Source: Nageia nagi
Lineage: Eukaryota; Plantae; Pinophyta
Direction: 5' to 3'
NCBI GenBank assembly: GCA_050084985.1
Contig: JBITNC010000001.1
Location: 15,996,001-16,060,000 of the forward strand
DNA length: 64,000 nucleotides
Below, piece after piece: positions 49,435-62,988 of the stretch; within the stretch, counting starts at the first letter, position 1, and each line of letters opens with the position of its first letter. The translations under genes were made by a program, and so were the position numbers. The notes beneath the pieces were generated by a model. It worked only from the letters and a program-made list of their open reading frames with translations, did no database searches and was not told where the DNA came from.

Positions 49435-52072
49435 TGTTAGGTCCCTATACATTATTATTGTTAGGTCGGATATGGTTATTATTATTTCCTTACATTATTA
49501 TTGTTATGTCGGCTAGTGTCCTTTCATTGTAGTGGCACCCCTTGGACTCCTATATATACTAAGGAGGTATTATCATTTGAAGATGTCTATTGTTGTGTAA
49601 TTGATGTGATGTAAAGGAGGTTGCCCCCTCGAAGTGGCTTATTACAAGGGAGGTTGCCCCCTCGAAGTGGCTTATTACAGATTTTATTTCTTATTCAATG
49701 CGTTGAGCTCTCTCTTTGGTGATTTTATGCTATTTTGGGAACTTTGTTCATAACATTTGGTACCAGAGCAGACGATTCTAGGGTTTCACAGCTCAAAACT
49801 AGTCATCGTGGCATTTTCGCTACCAATGTTTTTTCGAGAGGATTTAGATTCTGAAATTTATTGGGTTTTTTGAAGACATAACGAGGAAGTTTCAGTTAAA
49901 ATTTCAGCTCCTAATTCGCTATATTTTTTAATTTACACTCAGGGGAAGTTAAGGTTTGTGACTAGTCGCAAAAGCAGATCTGAAACAGGTGTTCTAGCTA
50001 AAAAAGGTATATCTGAAGTTTTACAGCTCCAAACTAGGTGAGACCTATTGGATTGGTTAGGTTATATATGGAAGTTTATCTGTTACAATTTTCAAGGTCT
50101 GAGAATAAACAGGTGACACAAGGCACTTCATACAAGTTCGCTCTTCAAAAAAATCCAAAAATCAGCACATTTTGGGAAAATTGCAGTCATTTCCTCTTGG
50201 ACTATCAGAATTTGACGAAATCTGTGGCATTGAAAAGAAGACATCTGAGGCTACCATAGGTAGAAATTTCAGACTCTAAAGGGCCGAAATTTCATATTTA
50301 CATCAGTTGGAAGGTTGGACAATAGAACAGTCTCCAAATCATGATTTAAAAAAAGGTACAATTTATTTATTTATTTCTTTAAATTTGCATATATTTTGAT
50401 TGAAAGGTCTATTTGGGGTGATTCATAAGCTATTGGAAAGAAAAGAAAGAGTAGAGTCTTTTAGGTATAGACGTGTTCTGGCATCTTTAAACATAGGAGC
50501 TGTCGTTACTTTGCCAGCACTGCATCCCGAGGAATTGTGGTCTCCTACAACGTACTCGCAGTATATCGCTTAGGCCACTGTTGGATTCTCTCACGTACCT
50601 TTGAGTATATAGAGAGGCCATCATGCTCATGCACGTACATGGTATATAGAGAGGTCCTTTAGGATTTCCTCACGTACCGCGAGTATATTAGCAAGGGCCC
50701 TTTTCGAACGGTTGTGCATTAGACAGCACTAGCACAGAATTGAGCTCCCACGTACCTTGCGTATATAGGGAGACCCCCTAGAATACTTAGTCAAAATGCC
50801 ACCGAAAAAAATTGCTACACCAACTAGACCTCTAGAGGGTTCATCCATGACTATAGCAGAAAGTGAAGACATATTCTTTCGAATATCCCAAGTGGAAGAA
50901 TTGGTTAAAGAGTGTGTAAAAAAGGGTGATATGGAGGAATTAAAAAGGGATTTGACAAAAGAGTTGGAAACTAAAATGGATCAATATATGGAAAAGATTT
51001 TTCAACTCATACAAAACCCAGAGGTAAAGATTCCTAAAGATGTTGATATGGCCTAGGGTTATCAGGTAAATAATGATATTATTCAAGGAGATAAACCCTT
51101 CATTAATAAGCCTAATTCAGGAGGATATGCTTCTACTGATGGAAGTAATCAAGCATGGTTCTCAAGGGGAATCCAAATCCCCAAGATCGACATGAGGAAG
51201 TTTGATGGAAGGGACCCCATCACTTGGATATTTCAAATGGAGCACTTTTTTGATCTACACCAAGTACCAACATCACAAAAAGTAACTATTGCATCCTTGT
51301 ATCTAGAGCCTGAGCAGGTTGTATGGTACCAATGGCTTTGTGAATGTAAAAAGGGTTCTATTATATCTTGGTCCATTTTTACAGAGGAACTGATAGCCTA
51401 CCATGAGGATGTTAAGAATAATTCCTTCTTTACTCAATTGATAAATCTAAGGCAAGAAGGTTCAGTGATGGAGCACATTCAACAATTTCAAAAGTTGAGT
51501 CTTAGAGTGAAGGATATACCAGATGATAGATTGTTGGATCTCTTTATGGGAACCTTAAAGGATAAAATTCAACATGAGGTGCATCTATTTGAACCAACAT
51601 CCTTAGAGATGGCTTTTAGGATGGCAAGGAAGGTTGAAAGTAAAAATATGGCAATGGCTGAATATTCCACATGGGAAGATGAGAAATTTATACAGAAGCA
51701 TCCAGAACTACTAAAATGTTGAGGACAACATTTTTTTGAAGGAGAGGGGCATGTTAGGTCCCTATACATTATTATTGTTAGGTCGGATATGGTTATTATT
51801 ATTTCCTTACATTATTATTGTTATGTTGGCTAGTGTCCTTTCATTGTAGTGGCACCCCTTGGACTCCTATATATACTAAGGAGGTATTATCATTTGAAGA
51901 TGTCTATTGTTGTGTAATTGATGTGATGTAAAGGAGGTTGCCCCCTCGAAGTGGCTTATTACAAAGGAGGTTGCCCCCTCGAAGTGGCTTATTACAGATT
52001 TTATTTCTTATTCAATGCGTTGAGCTCTCTCTTTGGTGATTTTATGCTATTTTGGGAACTTTGTTCATAACA
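49435..52072 (+). mobile_element. Young non-autonomous gag-only Ty3/gypsy (chromovirus-derived, TR-GAG-like) element, 2638 bp
   Basis: 321 bp LTRs at 49435-49755 and 51752-52072 (two substitutions seen). TSD TGATT; PBS TGGTACCAGAGC at 49758; PPT GAAGGAGAGGGG at ~51738-51749. Each LTR has a ~32 bp tandem repeat. Confidence 0.96.
50796..51722 (+). pseudogene. Ty3 gag with one in-frame TAG (51054-51056), fused to a chromodomain tail
   Basis: ORFs 50796 and 51192 are in the same frame and the intervening sequence is open. PKIDMRKFDGRDPITWIFQMEHFF..QLINLRQEGSVMEHIQQF is retrotransposon gag. It ends EYSTWEDEKFIQKHP. Confidence 0.9.
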
Positions 52073-55000
52073 TGATTACACTTATCCCAAGGCACCTCAT
52101 CTAAAGCATGGGATATGGAAAGCACACTAATCATGCTTGGACATCGTTGCATGAGAGTACATCAATCCCAACATAAGATTAATGATGAAGCTACCTCACA
52201 CTATAAAAGGAGAATTCTTGGAAGATAATAACATTATATTATGATTATGATTTCTTCTTCTTGGTTTGGGCATTTCTCTTCCTTGATTTCCACTTCGACG
52301 AAGTGAGGTACCTATTGCGGGGTGTAGAACAAGACTTATGTGGGTACACACTTTGAGGAATAGTGCACCTTAGGGTTGTAACAAGGGGTGTTGGCATTAC
52401 CCTTGGATTAGTAGAATACTGCTAGTGGATCTTTGAGATTCCACCACAATTATGGAGGAGGAAGCCTTGGTGAAAGCCTTGACACTGCTAAGGATCTTAG
52501 CCTTGGAGCATCATTCTTCATTACACATTCATTGTAATTGATGTCACTTCTCTTATTATTCAAATGCAATTACATTTGGCCATTACATTGTTATTTTCTT
52601 TTCATTTCATGATATATGTCTCTGTATGATATTTAGCATATTTGAGGGTGTGATATTGAGTGTTTACACTTCTTGGCTAGACATATCCATTATAAGTGAT
52701 AATTCATTGCTAATTTGTTATTCTATCTAGTCGTCGGGATCTCAAGGCACTATTTTGCATGTATAAGCTAGACGTTGAGTATTTAAATGTAATGTCCCCA
52801 TTTTTATGGTGTTTTCCCCATTTCGCCACTGTAAAATGGGAACATTTAGTTTAGGGTTATTTTACTTAATTTTGGTAATTTAATGAATATTTAGCCTTTT
52901 ATTTGTAAGTTCCACTTTAACATTAGTTAATTGCTCCAATTATGGGATGTTGGGCATATTTTAGTCCTTAGGAGTTATTTTATATTATTAATTATGTCAA
53001 TAATTATGTAATTTAAACTCCAAGGTAATTATTAATTGTAAATGCAATATTGGTTACCTAATTTAATGCATTGCATATATTAAGCCTTGATGATTGTAAT
53101 ATTGGCATTAAATGGTCCTCTTTAGCAATATTGCTCCCCTCTCTAGGTACCTAATTTAGCGCATTGCATATATTAAGCCTTGATGATTGTAATATTGGCA
53201 TTAAATGGTCCTCTTTAGCAATATTGCTCCCCTCTCTAGGTATAAGATGATACCAAAGTGATTTCACCTATCACGAGGCATAAAAAGACACCCATACTTG
53301 AACACCAAGAGGATTGGATTATTTATGGATGATATTTGGCATCCCAAGGCACCTTGGAAGACCTTAAGGCTTAACATCACACTAGGAGGCTCATAAGGTG
53401 CTTGTGTGGATCCTAGTGCACATGGGAATCCCCTAACATGAGACATTGCAACTATGAGCACTTAGATGAGATGACACTCATCCCAAGACTCTCCATCATG
53501 GATGTTGGATAGAGAAGCACATAGATCACCCTTAGACACCATTGGATGAGGTCACATCAATCCCAATGCATGATTAGAAGATGATGAAGCTACCTCTCGT
53601 TATATAAGGAGGATTCCTGGAAGACAAATGCATTTTATTATCATTATATTTTCTTATTCTTGGTTTGGGCATTGTTCTTCCTTGATTCCATTCTTCAGAG
53701 TGAGGTACCTATAGCAGGGTGTAATATAGGACTTACATGGGCACACACTTGGGGGTTGGCATAACCCAAGTAGATGGCTAGCTATTGGAGGGGTGTTGGC
53801 GTCACCGTCAAATTAATGAACATTACTAGTGGATGTCTAAGATTCCACCACAACTATTAAAGGAGGAAGCCCTGGTGCAAGCCTTGCCATACTATGGATC
53901 TAAGCCTTGGAACATCAATCTTTGTTACATTGTCATTGTAATTGTGCTTTACTACATTTGTTATTTCAAATACAATTACATTGGCCTTTAATCTGCTAAA
54001 TTCTTTTCATTTGTCTCATCTTACTTGGATGTTAGATCTAGAGTGCATTTTATGTTATTAATTCATGTTCTTGCTCTCCTAATCCCTATGTTGGACATTT
54101 GGCATAATTGAGGGTGCATTATTGAGTATTTACCCTTCTTGGCAAGATGTCTACACTAGAGTGATAATTAATTGCTAATTTGTCATCTTATCTAGTTGTT
54201 GGGTTTATGAGGATTTTGTATTGAGATCTTGCCAACACTAGCTAGACATTGGGCATGTTGCATAATTTTGTGTATTATTGTTGAGATCTGGAGCTTTGGA
54301 GTGAAATATCCCTTTCCTAGGGCATGTTTGGTGATTCTTGCTATTATTTGGAGTTGAAGTTAGAGGATTTGCACCAAATCCCATTAAGCCAAAATTAAGG
54401 CTTATCACATTGAAGGCCATTGAAGTGTTCTTGACATTTTGGATGAGACATTGCATTTTTGGCATGTGATTTGACCACTTACACATGAACGTTGGGTTTG
54501 TATGATATTAATTGATGAGATCTTGTATATGCATGAGTTTGTTGTGCTATTTTGGGCATCATTGATTAGATTTGAGGCAGAGTGTGACCTCCCTCCTATA
54601 GGGATAGTTTGGCAATTTTTAATTATCGTTTTAGTTTGGAATTTGAGATATGAGTGAGCCTTAGTTTAGCTCATCACAATTGGTATCAAAGCCCAAGATC
54701 TTTTCATCCTATTGGGTTAGATATTGAGAAAGATTTACAATGAGCCAAGATCTTTCCATCTTGTTGGGTTAGATCTTGAGGGAGTTTTTCATAGCCAAGA
54801 TCTTATTGTCTTGTTGGAAGACCTTGGAAGACTTATAGTTATGGAAAGAAGTTACAGTTGTTGTGAAGAGGAGATCTCTTCGTCTTGTTGGAGAGAAATT
54901 GCAGAGTTTAGATCTTACCATTGTTGTTGAGCAAAGACCTAGAGAAGGAGTTACAATGGAATTACAGTGGTAATCAAAGAATTGTGAGGAGATTCAGAAG

Positions 55001-58000
55001 CATCACAGTGAAATCAAAGGTTTCAAGCATCTAGATTTGAAATTTGGGTTACTAAAGGAATATGTTGAGGACTTTTTGCTAATTTTAGGGAGTTTTAAGG
55101 ACTAAGCTAGTTTGTCGCACCTATGGAAGCATATTTTGGGTACTAGATCTCATTCCTTGGTCCCTTGGAGGATAACATTGGAGCTTTGGGTATCCAATTT
55201 GCAAAATTCGGGCATCTAAAGGTAGACATTGGAGCTTTTTACACCAAATTGTAGTGTTTGAGGATTGAATGGTGTGACGTAGGGCCTTGGTGCCTAGTTT
55301 GAACCCTTCATCACTGGATCTTGCACTTGGATCAAGATTATTCCACCCTAGAGGCACTACTTTCTAGGTTTGAGTAAATTTGAAATTTCCAAATTAATTT
55401 CAAGAATTTAAATTTTTAAGGAAAAATTTAAATTTTGCAATCATGGAGGGATAAGATATACAAGACTTTTTAATTATTTTTAGAGGGATTTAATTTAATT
55501 TGACAAGAAAATTAAATGAGAGATAAGTCTTTTAAAATTTTGAATTTTGAAGGAAAAAGCAAGATGCAAATATGAAAAGCAAATTTCAAATATTTTGAAA
55601 CACTATAAAGGAAAACGTTTAAGTGGGAGTGGGAGCACAACATTTTTGAGAAGCATATTTCGCAATTAGGAGCAAAGGAGAAGTTTGTTCCACCAAGGAG
55701 ACCATCATTTAGCTTGGAGAGAGGTTCGTTGTGCTTCTAGGAGGCTCATTTCCACAATTATTCCCTCCAAGAGGATTTGTCCACTCTTGGGAGGCCTATT
55801 TCGAATTTGCAAAGTTCTAAATAAGCTCATCCTACATTGAAGACCAATTTTCCAGACGTTGAGCAACTGCTTGGTTCATGACAACATCATTGAACATTGA
55901 GGAGGATCATTCCACCTTAGAGAGCTAGTCTTGAGGTGTAGGAACCACAAAGAGATTCATTTAGCCTTATTTAACAATAGCATCTTCAGGATTGACTAGG
56001 GATCAAGCATTCCTTAGAGGCATTCCAAGAAGATACCGAGTTTGTTATTGTTGCAAGAGACCCTAAGAACCCAACCATCGTTGTGAATGCCAAGACAAGG
56101 GTTTCCACATTAGGAGGACATCAATAGTGAGGATTGACCATAAGGGAAGGGTTCATTAGAAGGAGTGCACTCGTTGAAAGGGAAGAGATTTCATGATAGA
56201 ACATGGAGGTGCCAACCACATCACCACACTCATAGCAATCTCGCACACCTTGTACCAAGAATATTCAACTCTTCCACCATAGGTTAAGGAAGCACTAAGC
56301 TTTCAAGAGTTCATAGAAGTCACAAGAGCAAGGGAGGATGAAATTCACACACCACCTCACCAAAACCATCAAAGGAGATGATCAGAGGGATACATAGCAT
56401 CAAGAGCTAGAACTTCCCCAATACCATTGAGACGAAGAGAAGATGAGACTCTAATTGTACACAATGGAAAAAGGAGAAGCTTCCAAAGAGAGCTTTAGGG
56501 ATACTGTGAAAGCTACAAAGAGAATTGGGCTCCCAACCAACAAAGACAAAATCAACATTACCATTCAAGGATAATATCATATATAAGGATGATCGAAGGG
56601 AAACATAATAAGGCAACACACTACCGATCAATCAAAGTTAGAGTAGAAGTTGTAGGAGAAGCAATCCTTATACTGATTGATAATGGGGCAACACAAAATT
56701 TCATTGACCAAGGATTTGTAGCAAGAAAGAACCTCCCAACCAAGGTTGTCGAAGGATTGAATGTCACCAATGCAAATGGGCACTACACATTGTCTAACCG
56801 AATGTTAGACTCAAGATCAAGCTTAGTAACCACATTCTTGAGAACGAATTCTACATCTTCCCATAGGATGGGTTGCAACAGGTATTGCTTGGAGTACAGT
56901 GGATGTATCCTTTAGGAGACATCCAAACAAATTTCCAAAGGTTCGAAGTGAGTTTTTGGCTCAAGGGACAAAAGGTCATCATCAAGGGAATGAAGGATTG
57001 TTGTGGACGACACTTGACAACAGCACAAGAGAAGGACAACATGCATTTTATGGTTGCCTTCAAAAGAGCCACCCCAACAAAATAATAAAGAAATTGGAAT
57101 TTGCTACAGAATACAAGCCATAGTTTGTAGACACAAACTACGGACTTGAATATCAAATAATGGAGGTTATCAAGCCAGAGTTTGTGGGTTCTAATTTCTT
57201 CTCATCATCTAACCATGAGAAAGAAGAGGGGATAGATCATGAGGACATTGTTGCAATTGAAGATGTTCTGAATTGCTTAGGGACAAGCAATATGGGAAGT
57301 GCAGAATTATAATGTCACCATTTTTATGGCATTTTCCCCACTTCACCAGTGGAAAGTGGGAACACTTAGCTTAGGTTTGTTTTATTTAATTTTGGTTGGT
57401 ATTATAGCCCATTATTTGTAAGTTCCACTTGGAGGATTAATTTATTACTCCAATTATGGGATGTTGGGCCTTTTAATGCAATTAAGAGTGATTTAATATT
57501 TGAGGTAGAGACATATGATTCCTGGAAGACTCCACACTTGGACGTTTGGATCATGAGGAGGTTTAGACCATTTGATGAGAAATTGGGCATCCCAAGACAC
57601 CCATGTATCACCCTTGGAGGCTCCTAGCATGATGGCATTAATTCCTAAGCACATGGAAGTCCCCCACAACCCAACATTGGCATTCTAGGCCCTTGAATGT
57701 GGTTAGACTTATCCCAAGGCACCTCATCTTAAGCGTGAGATATAGAGAGCACATGGATCACCCTTGGATACTATTGGATGAGATTACATCAATCCCAGCA
57801 CAAGATTAATGATAAAGCAACCTCACACTGTAAAAGGAAGATTCTTGGAAGATCATAGCATTATGTTATGAGTATGATTTCTACTTCTTGGTTTGGGCAT
57901 TGCTCTTCCTTGATTTCCACTTTGACAAAATGAGGTACTTGTTATAGGGGTGTTGACATTACCCTTGGATTAGTAGAATATTGCTAGTGGATCTAAGATT

Positions 58001-58643
58001 CCACCATAGCTATAGAGGAGTAAGCCCTGGTGTAGGCCTTGCCACTATTGAGCATAAGAGCCCTAGAGCATCAATCCTCGTTGCATGATCATTGTAATTG
58101 ATGAAACTTCCCTTATTATTCAAATACAATTACATTTGACCATTACACTATTATTTGCTTTTCATTTCATGATATTTATCTTTATATGCTTGGACATTGG
58201 ATATTTGGCATATTTGAGGATGCAATATTTAGTATTTACACTTCCTGGCTAGATGTCTCCATTGTAAGTGATAATTCATTATTAATTTGCCATTTTATCT
58301 AGTTGTTGGGATCTCAAGGCATAATTTGCATGTATAAGCTAGACGTTGAGTATCTGAAGTTCATTTGAATTGTTCTTGACATTATGGATGAGACGTTGGG
58401 TTTCTGGCATATGATTTGATCACTTGCACATGTACGTTGGGTTTGTATGATGTTAATTAATGAGATCTAACATTTGCATAAATTCATTGGGCTATTTTGG
58501 GCATCATTGATCAGATATGAGGCATTAGAGTGTGATGTTCCTCCTCTATGGATAATTTGATAATTTTTAATTATCATTTTGGTTTGGAATTTGAGGATTT
58601 GTTCAAAATTCGTGTGAGCCTTAGTTTTGCTCATCATAGAGAC

Positions 58644-59417
58644 CTCACTTGAAGATATGCTTGTTCAGAATTATTTCGCTCTTCTTCAGGTTGCGGGTGT
58701 CGACTCCTTCCATTGCCTCTTGCAGATAAAAACCCACAAGAGAGGTTTTAAGACTTAGTGAGATTTCAAGGTTGTATGGATTACTACGTTGAGGCATAGC
58801 GCACCTTACAGGCTTTGCTAGCTATTTAGGAGTGTTGGCATTACCCTAGATTATCTTAACACTGCTAGAGATCCTAATGTCTTGGCCACACCTTGCGAAG
58901 GAGGAAGACCTAGTTCAAGCCTTACCCATCTGTGGGGCAACCCTGGTGCTATTTCTTTGTTCTTAGCTACATCTTGAATATCTTTAAGCTAGGGCATCAT
59001 TTTCTCTAAGGACAAGGCATGTAATTTGATTATCCTTGCAATATTATTAAATTACCTTTTGTGGCTCAATTATTGTGTTAACTTTCACGATCTTGCCTAG
59101 AGGGATAGACGTTGGGTTTATGCTTGCAATATCTTGTTATCTTATCTTCCTAACCTAGACATTGAACTTGCATGAGTATTTTGGATGCTTGTTCTTAAGT
59201 TTGTGCATTAGAAGTTGGACTTTGGGTCACTCAAGACACCAACATTAGGATATGGACCACTAGTTTAGCCCCTAGAGGCTAGACGTCTGCTTCCTGGAAG
59301 TTGGGATAGGGCTTAATTGGTGCATGAACAGTTTGTTGGCCATTTTAGGTGCCTTCTAGCTAGCCTAGAAGAGGCCCTTGACATGATTCTAGGTCAACCC
59401 TAGTCCGAAATATTACA
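58644..59417 (+). mobile_element. 3' part of outer gypsy LTR 'A'
   Basis: Follows the GAGAC TSD and ends AATATTACA, the inverted match of the T(A/G)TAATATT start at 48152. Confidence 0.7.
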
Positions 59418-59905
59418 TCAAATTTATGATCAAATCAAAATAGTGAATTAGTGGTTTGGATAATTACAATATTTTACATAAAACAAGCAATATCAATAGG
59501 TGAAATGGTTTCCTGTTTATAATGTTGGTTCAACTACATACCATCTCTTTATATTATGATATCACCATTCGAAGTTCTTTATGGTCCAAAAATTTCTTTG
59601 AGAATAGATCATTTGCCAAGATCATCCAGAGTAGAAGAAATGATTGATTGTTACAAACAAATAGATAGAAAGTGATATGGCTACTCGAGGATAATCTTTG
59701 TCAAATGTAAATTAAGATGGAAATCAATATAGACTAGAATAATGTTTAGACATAAGAAACATGGTTTTCTCGAGGCTCCAATTGGAGAAACAAGCATCAT
59801 TCAAAACTAAGACGAAACAAAAATTGACCTCAAGAATTGAAAAATCCTACAAGGTGGTTTAATGAATTGGACAAGTGATTTATAAGTTGGAGCTATCACT
59901 CAAAT

Positions 59906-62900
59906 TGTGATGTTCCCAAATCAGGAACTTCAAAAATAGCTCAAATAATTTTGAATTAAATCTCTAAAAATCCCATAAATTCCAAACGACTCAAAAATGC
60001 CCAAATCATGCTTAATAAATTATTCTTAATGCACCAATTTTCACCCAAATTGAGTCAAGCTATTCTAGGGTAGGGAATAGTTGAAATAACTTCACAAATT
60101 GCAGACGTCAAGCAACCCATACATGAGATCTCACTATTATACTCAAATTATGACTCTAGGAAGCATGTGTCCAACATTTAAGCACTAAATCTCAAATACT
60201 CACAAGTAATAATGCCACAAAATTAGATCTTGAATACTAAATGATAAAACGAGCCAAAAGAAATGTCTTACAAGCCTCAAAGGAACAATTAAGATGCCCT
60301 AAGGTGAGACATCTCAACCAGGGAGACTGGATCTCAAACCATGAACCCTCAAATGTGCTCCAAATTGACTCTAGAAATTGGACGACCCACAATTGGTTGT
60401 CCTAAATGCAAATCCGGATATGACTAGCTTTCTAGATGCAAATATGGATGTGCAAGATGACTTAGAATGCCTCCAAGCCTAGACATCCCCTTCTGGTAAA
60501 TTGGATTGGATTCCAAGATCCTAAAGGCTTTCCCAAGCTGGATGAACCCTAATGATGGAAGACCTTCGTATTAGAGGTGTAGATCCCTGATGAATCTTAG
60601 TAGCAGTGAAGCACTGAATCCCTGATGGATTCCAAAACTCCACAATAGTAGTGTTGGAGTGAATCCCAGATGGATTCCAATACTTCGTAGTAGTAGTGGT
60701 GGTGGTAGTCGAATAGCCAAGGGAAATGCTAAACCCCAAGGAGATGGTAGTCGAATAAGCGTAGAGGAATGTTGGACCTCAAGGACCTCCCTTGTGTGCA
60801 CAAGAGAAATGGAGAGACCTCGTGCTTATAAAAATAATAATTAAGCAAGCATATCCTTTGAATGAGGCCATAATTGCCTTTTATAGGAGGCATCTCAACC
60901 AAAGGGATTGATCGACCCAACTAAGACAATATAATTCCTCATTGGGGTTACAAATTATTAATTTCTCCCCTACATGAGGTGCATAACTAAATTAGACTTA
61001 TTGGGCCTACCAAATTACATTTTGGGATCTCATTAAACCCCATAAGTGAGGTGTCCCATTTAGGGCGCATAGGATGAGATCTACAATTACAATTTAATAT
61101 CTAAAGATGGATAATGGCACTACCTTCCAGAGTGACATAGCGCATCAGAGCTCTCACCTCCTCATCCCAAGACTTGGGAAGACTAGTGCATTCGAAGCCT
61201 GGACTTGACTTGGAAAAATCTTCCCCCCTGCTGTCTAAATTTAAAGATTTCCTCCATCTTTTTCAACTTCGTCTCCCTCTTCAATTGCTTACCCACATTG
61301 GGCATGTGAATGGCCTTTGCCACAGTTTCACAATTGAATTTGAAGGCCACCGAATTCACCCTACAAATCCCTTGGTTCCAAGATTTAGCCATCTCCAATG
61401 ATAGGCTTAAATCAAAACCATTGCACACCTCCATTTCAAACTCAAAGGTGATGAGATTGTCAACTTTCCCTTCTTTATTATGCATTCCCTTGAAATATCA
61501 GTAAACAAATTTAAAGGAAAGGCAAATAGTGTGCCTTTGCATCATTCTATTATTAAACTCGTCTATGATGTAGCTCTATCTAAGCAACCACAAAGGGCTC
61601 CAGGGAGAGTTGTAGGAGAGGATGGTAGAAGAGCACCCTCTAGAAGAGGGAAAGGAAAAGATAAGGTGGGGAAGGTGACAGAGGCAGAGGAGAATGTAGT
61701 AGAGGTAGTGTGTGGGGAAAGTAGTCTAGGAAAGAGCACTGCAATGAAATTGGGCGAGGGAGCATCAAAAATTGAAAGGAAATGGGGTACTAGGAAGAAG
61801 AGGATAAAGGTTTCATTTTCCATGGAACAAAGTATTGAGTAGGAGGTGTTGGGGGTGGCAAATAGAATGAGGGCATAGAAGCCAAATCTTGCCAACAAAG
61901 GTAATGAGAAGGAGATAAGAGGGACTCCTTCGAGAAAGACCTAGAACAATTGCAACCTTAGCCTCCCAAGGATAACGGAGCAAGAGATGCAGAGTTTGGT
62001 AAATATGGCAATAAACAGGGTACAACGATGAATCAAAACCCAAGGGAAATCAAAAGCAAAGATGCAACCAATTAAGATAGTAAGCTTTTCGACTCTGGAT
62101 AGGCGAGGGGTAAAGGCAATCCCAATTCTAATGCCAAAGACTAGATTGATGCATAATAGAATGCTCTGCGAGGCAATAAGGAGGAGAGGAGAATTGAGGG
62201 AACAGGTTGAAGTAATCCCACCGTACATATCATTGGCAACCATAATGGAAGGGAAAACTTATGTTGAATTATATAAGAACAACTTTGAGAACATGGCATT
62301 CCGATTTAAGGTAGATGAAGACATGATTCTGATGTAGACAATAGGCAATAGCAATCCATATATACTTGGACGTCGACTGTTCTTGTCCTAAACGGATCAC
62401 TCTTTTGCTCTGGTATAAAGGGTCTTAGTTTCCTTTTCTATCATGGAGATGATTGGAGGACTTGATCTTGTTTTATTATGTTTTCTTTTATTATCGTGTA
62501 TCTAGGAGTGTATAGGCTCCAAAGAAGTTGCTTCACTTTTTTGCAATGGGGCTAGTTATTTTGGAGGGCTGGGTTTTTGCTTCACTCTAGTGTGAATGCA
62601 CCTTCTGTAACTAGAATGCTTTTGTAAAATGGATAGTGAAGGTTATACAGGGGAGCCTTGAAAACCCCACCTTTTTTATTAATATAATTCACCATTAATT
62701 AAAAAAAGGTGGATAATGGCCCATGTCAACTTAATAAATAATTAAATACTCCTAGCTATCTTTAAATCACCCCTAGATCCCTAGAAGAGGGACATCCAAC
62801 TTCAGTGCTCAATTTTAGCATTTTTGCACTCAAGGTGAAGCCATAAAATGACGTAAATGCATCAAAGTACAATAAAAAGCTCAAAATACACAGAATCTCT

Positions 62901-62988
62901 CCCAAAGAAGGGACATCCCACATCATCAGGTGAAGTGGCCAATTGATGAAGTGCTCATGAAAGGCACCCCAAAAAAGGGAACATTACA
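59906..62988 (-). mobile_element. Solo gypsy-type LTR (~1.5 kb excluding nested insert)
   Basis: Terminal inverted repeats TGTGATGTTCCC / GGGAACATTACA. Imperfect TSD CAAAT / GAAAT. The integrase reading resumes across it. Confidence 0.8.
61119..62704 (+). mobile_element. Poly(A)-ended non-LTR-type (TPRT) insertion with degenerate ORF
   Basis: 16 bp TSD AAAG(A/G)TGGATAATGGC at 61103-61118 and 62705-62720, an A-tract at the 3' end, and broken plus-strand ORFs (61480-61842, 62062-62337). Confidence 0.7.

Larger units (their letters stand above)
48847..58638 (+). mobile_element. Element B, unit 4 copy (hosts the gag-only element; deletions in 3' LTR)
   Basis: Same boundaries and GAGAC TSD (58639-58643). 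Confidence 0.85.
44921..58668 (+). repeat. Tandem segmental duplication unit 4 (contains 2.6 kb gag-only element)
   Basis: Same unit, interrupted at TGATT (49430-49434). Homology ends at GCTTGTTCA (58668) and continues into unique LTR sequence. Confidence 0.97.
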
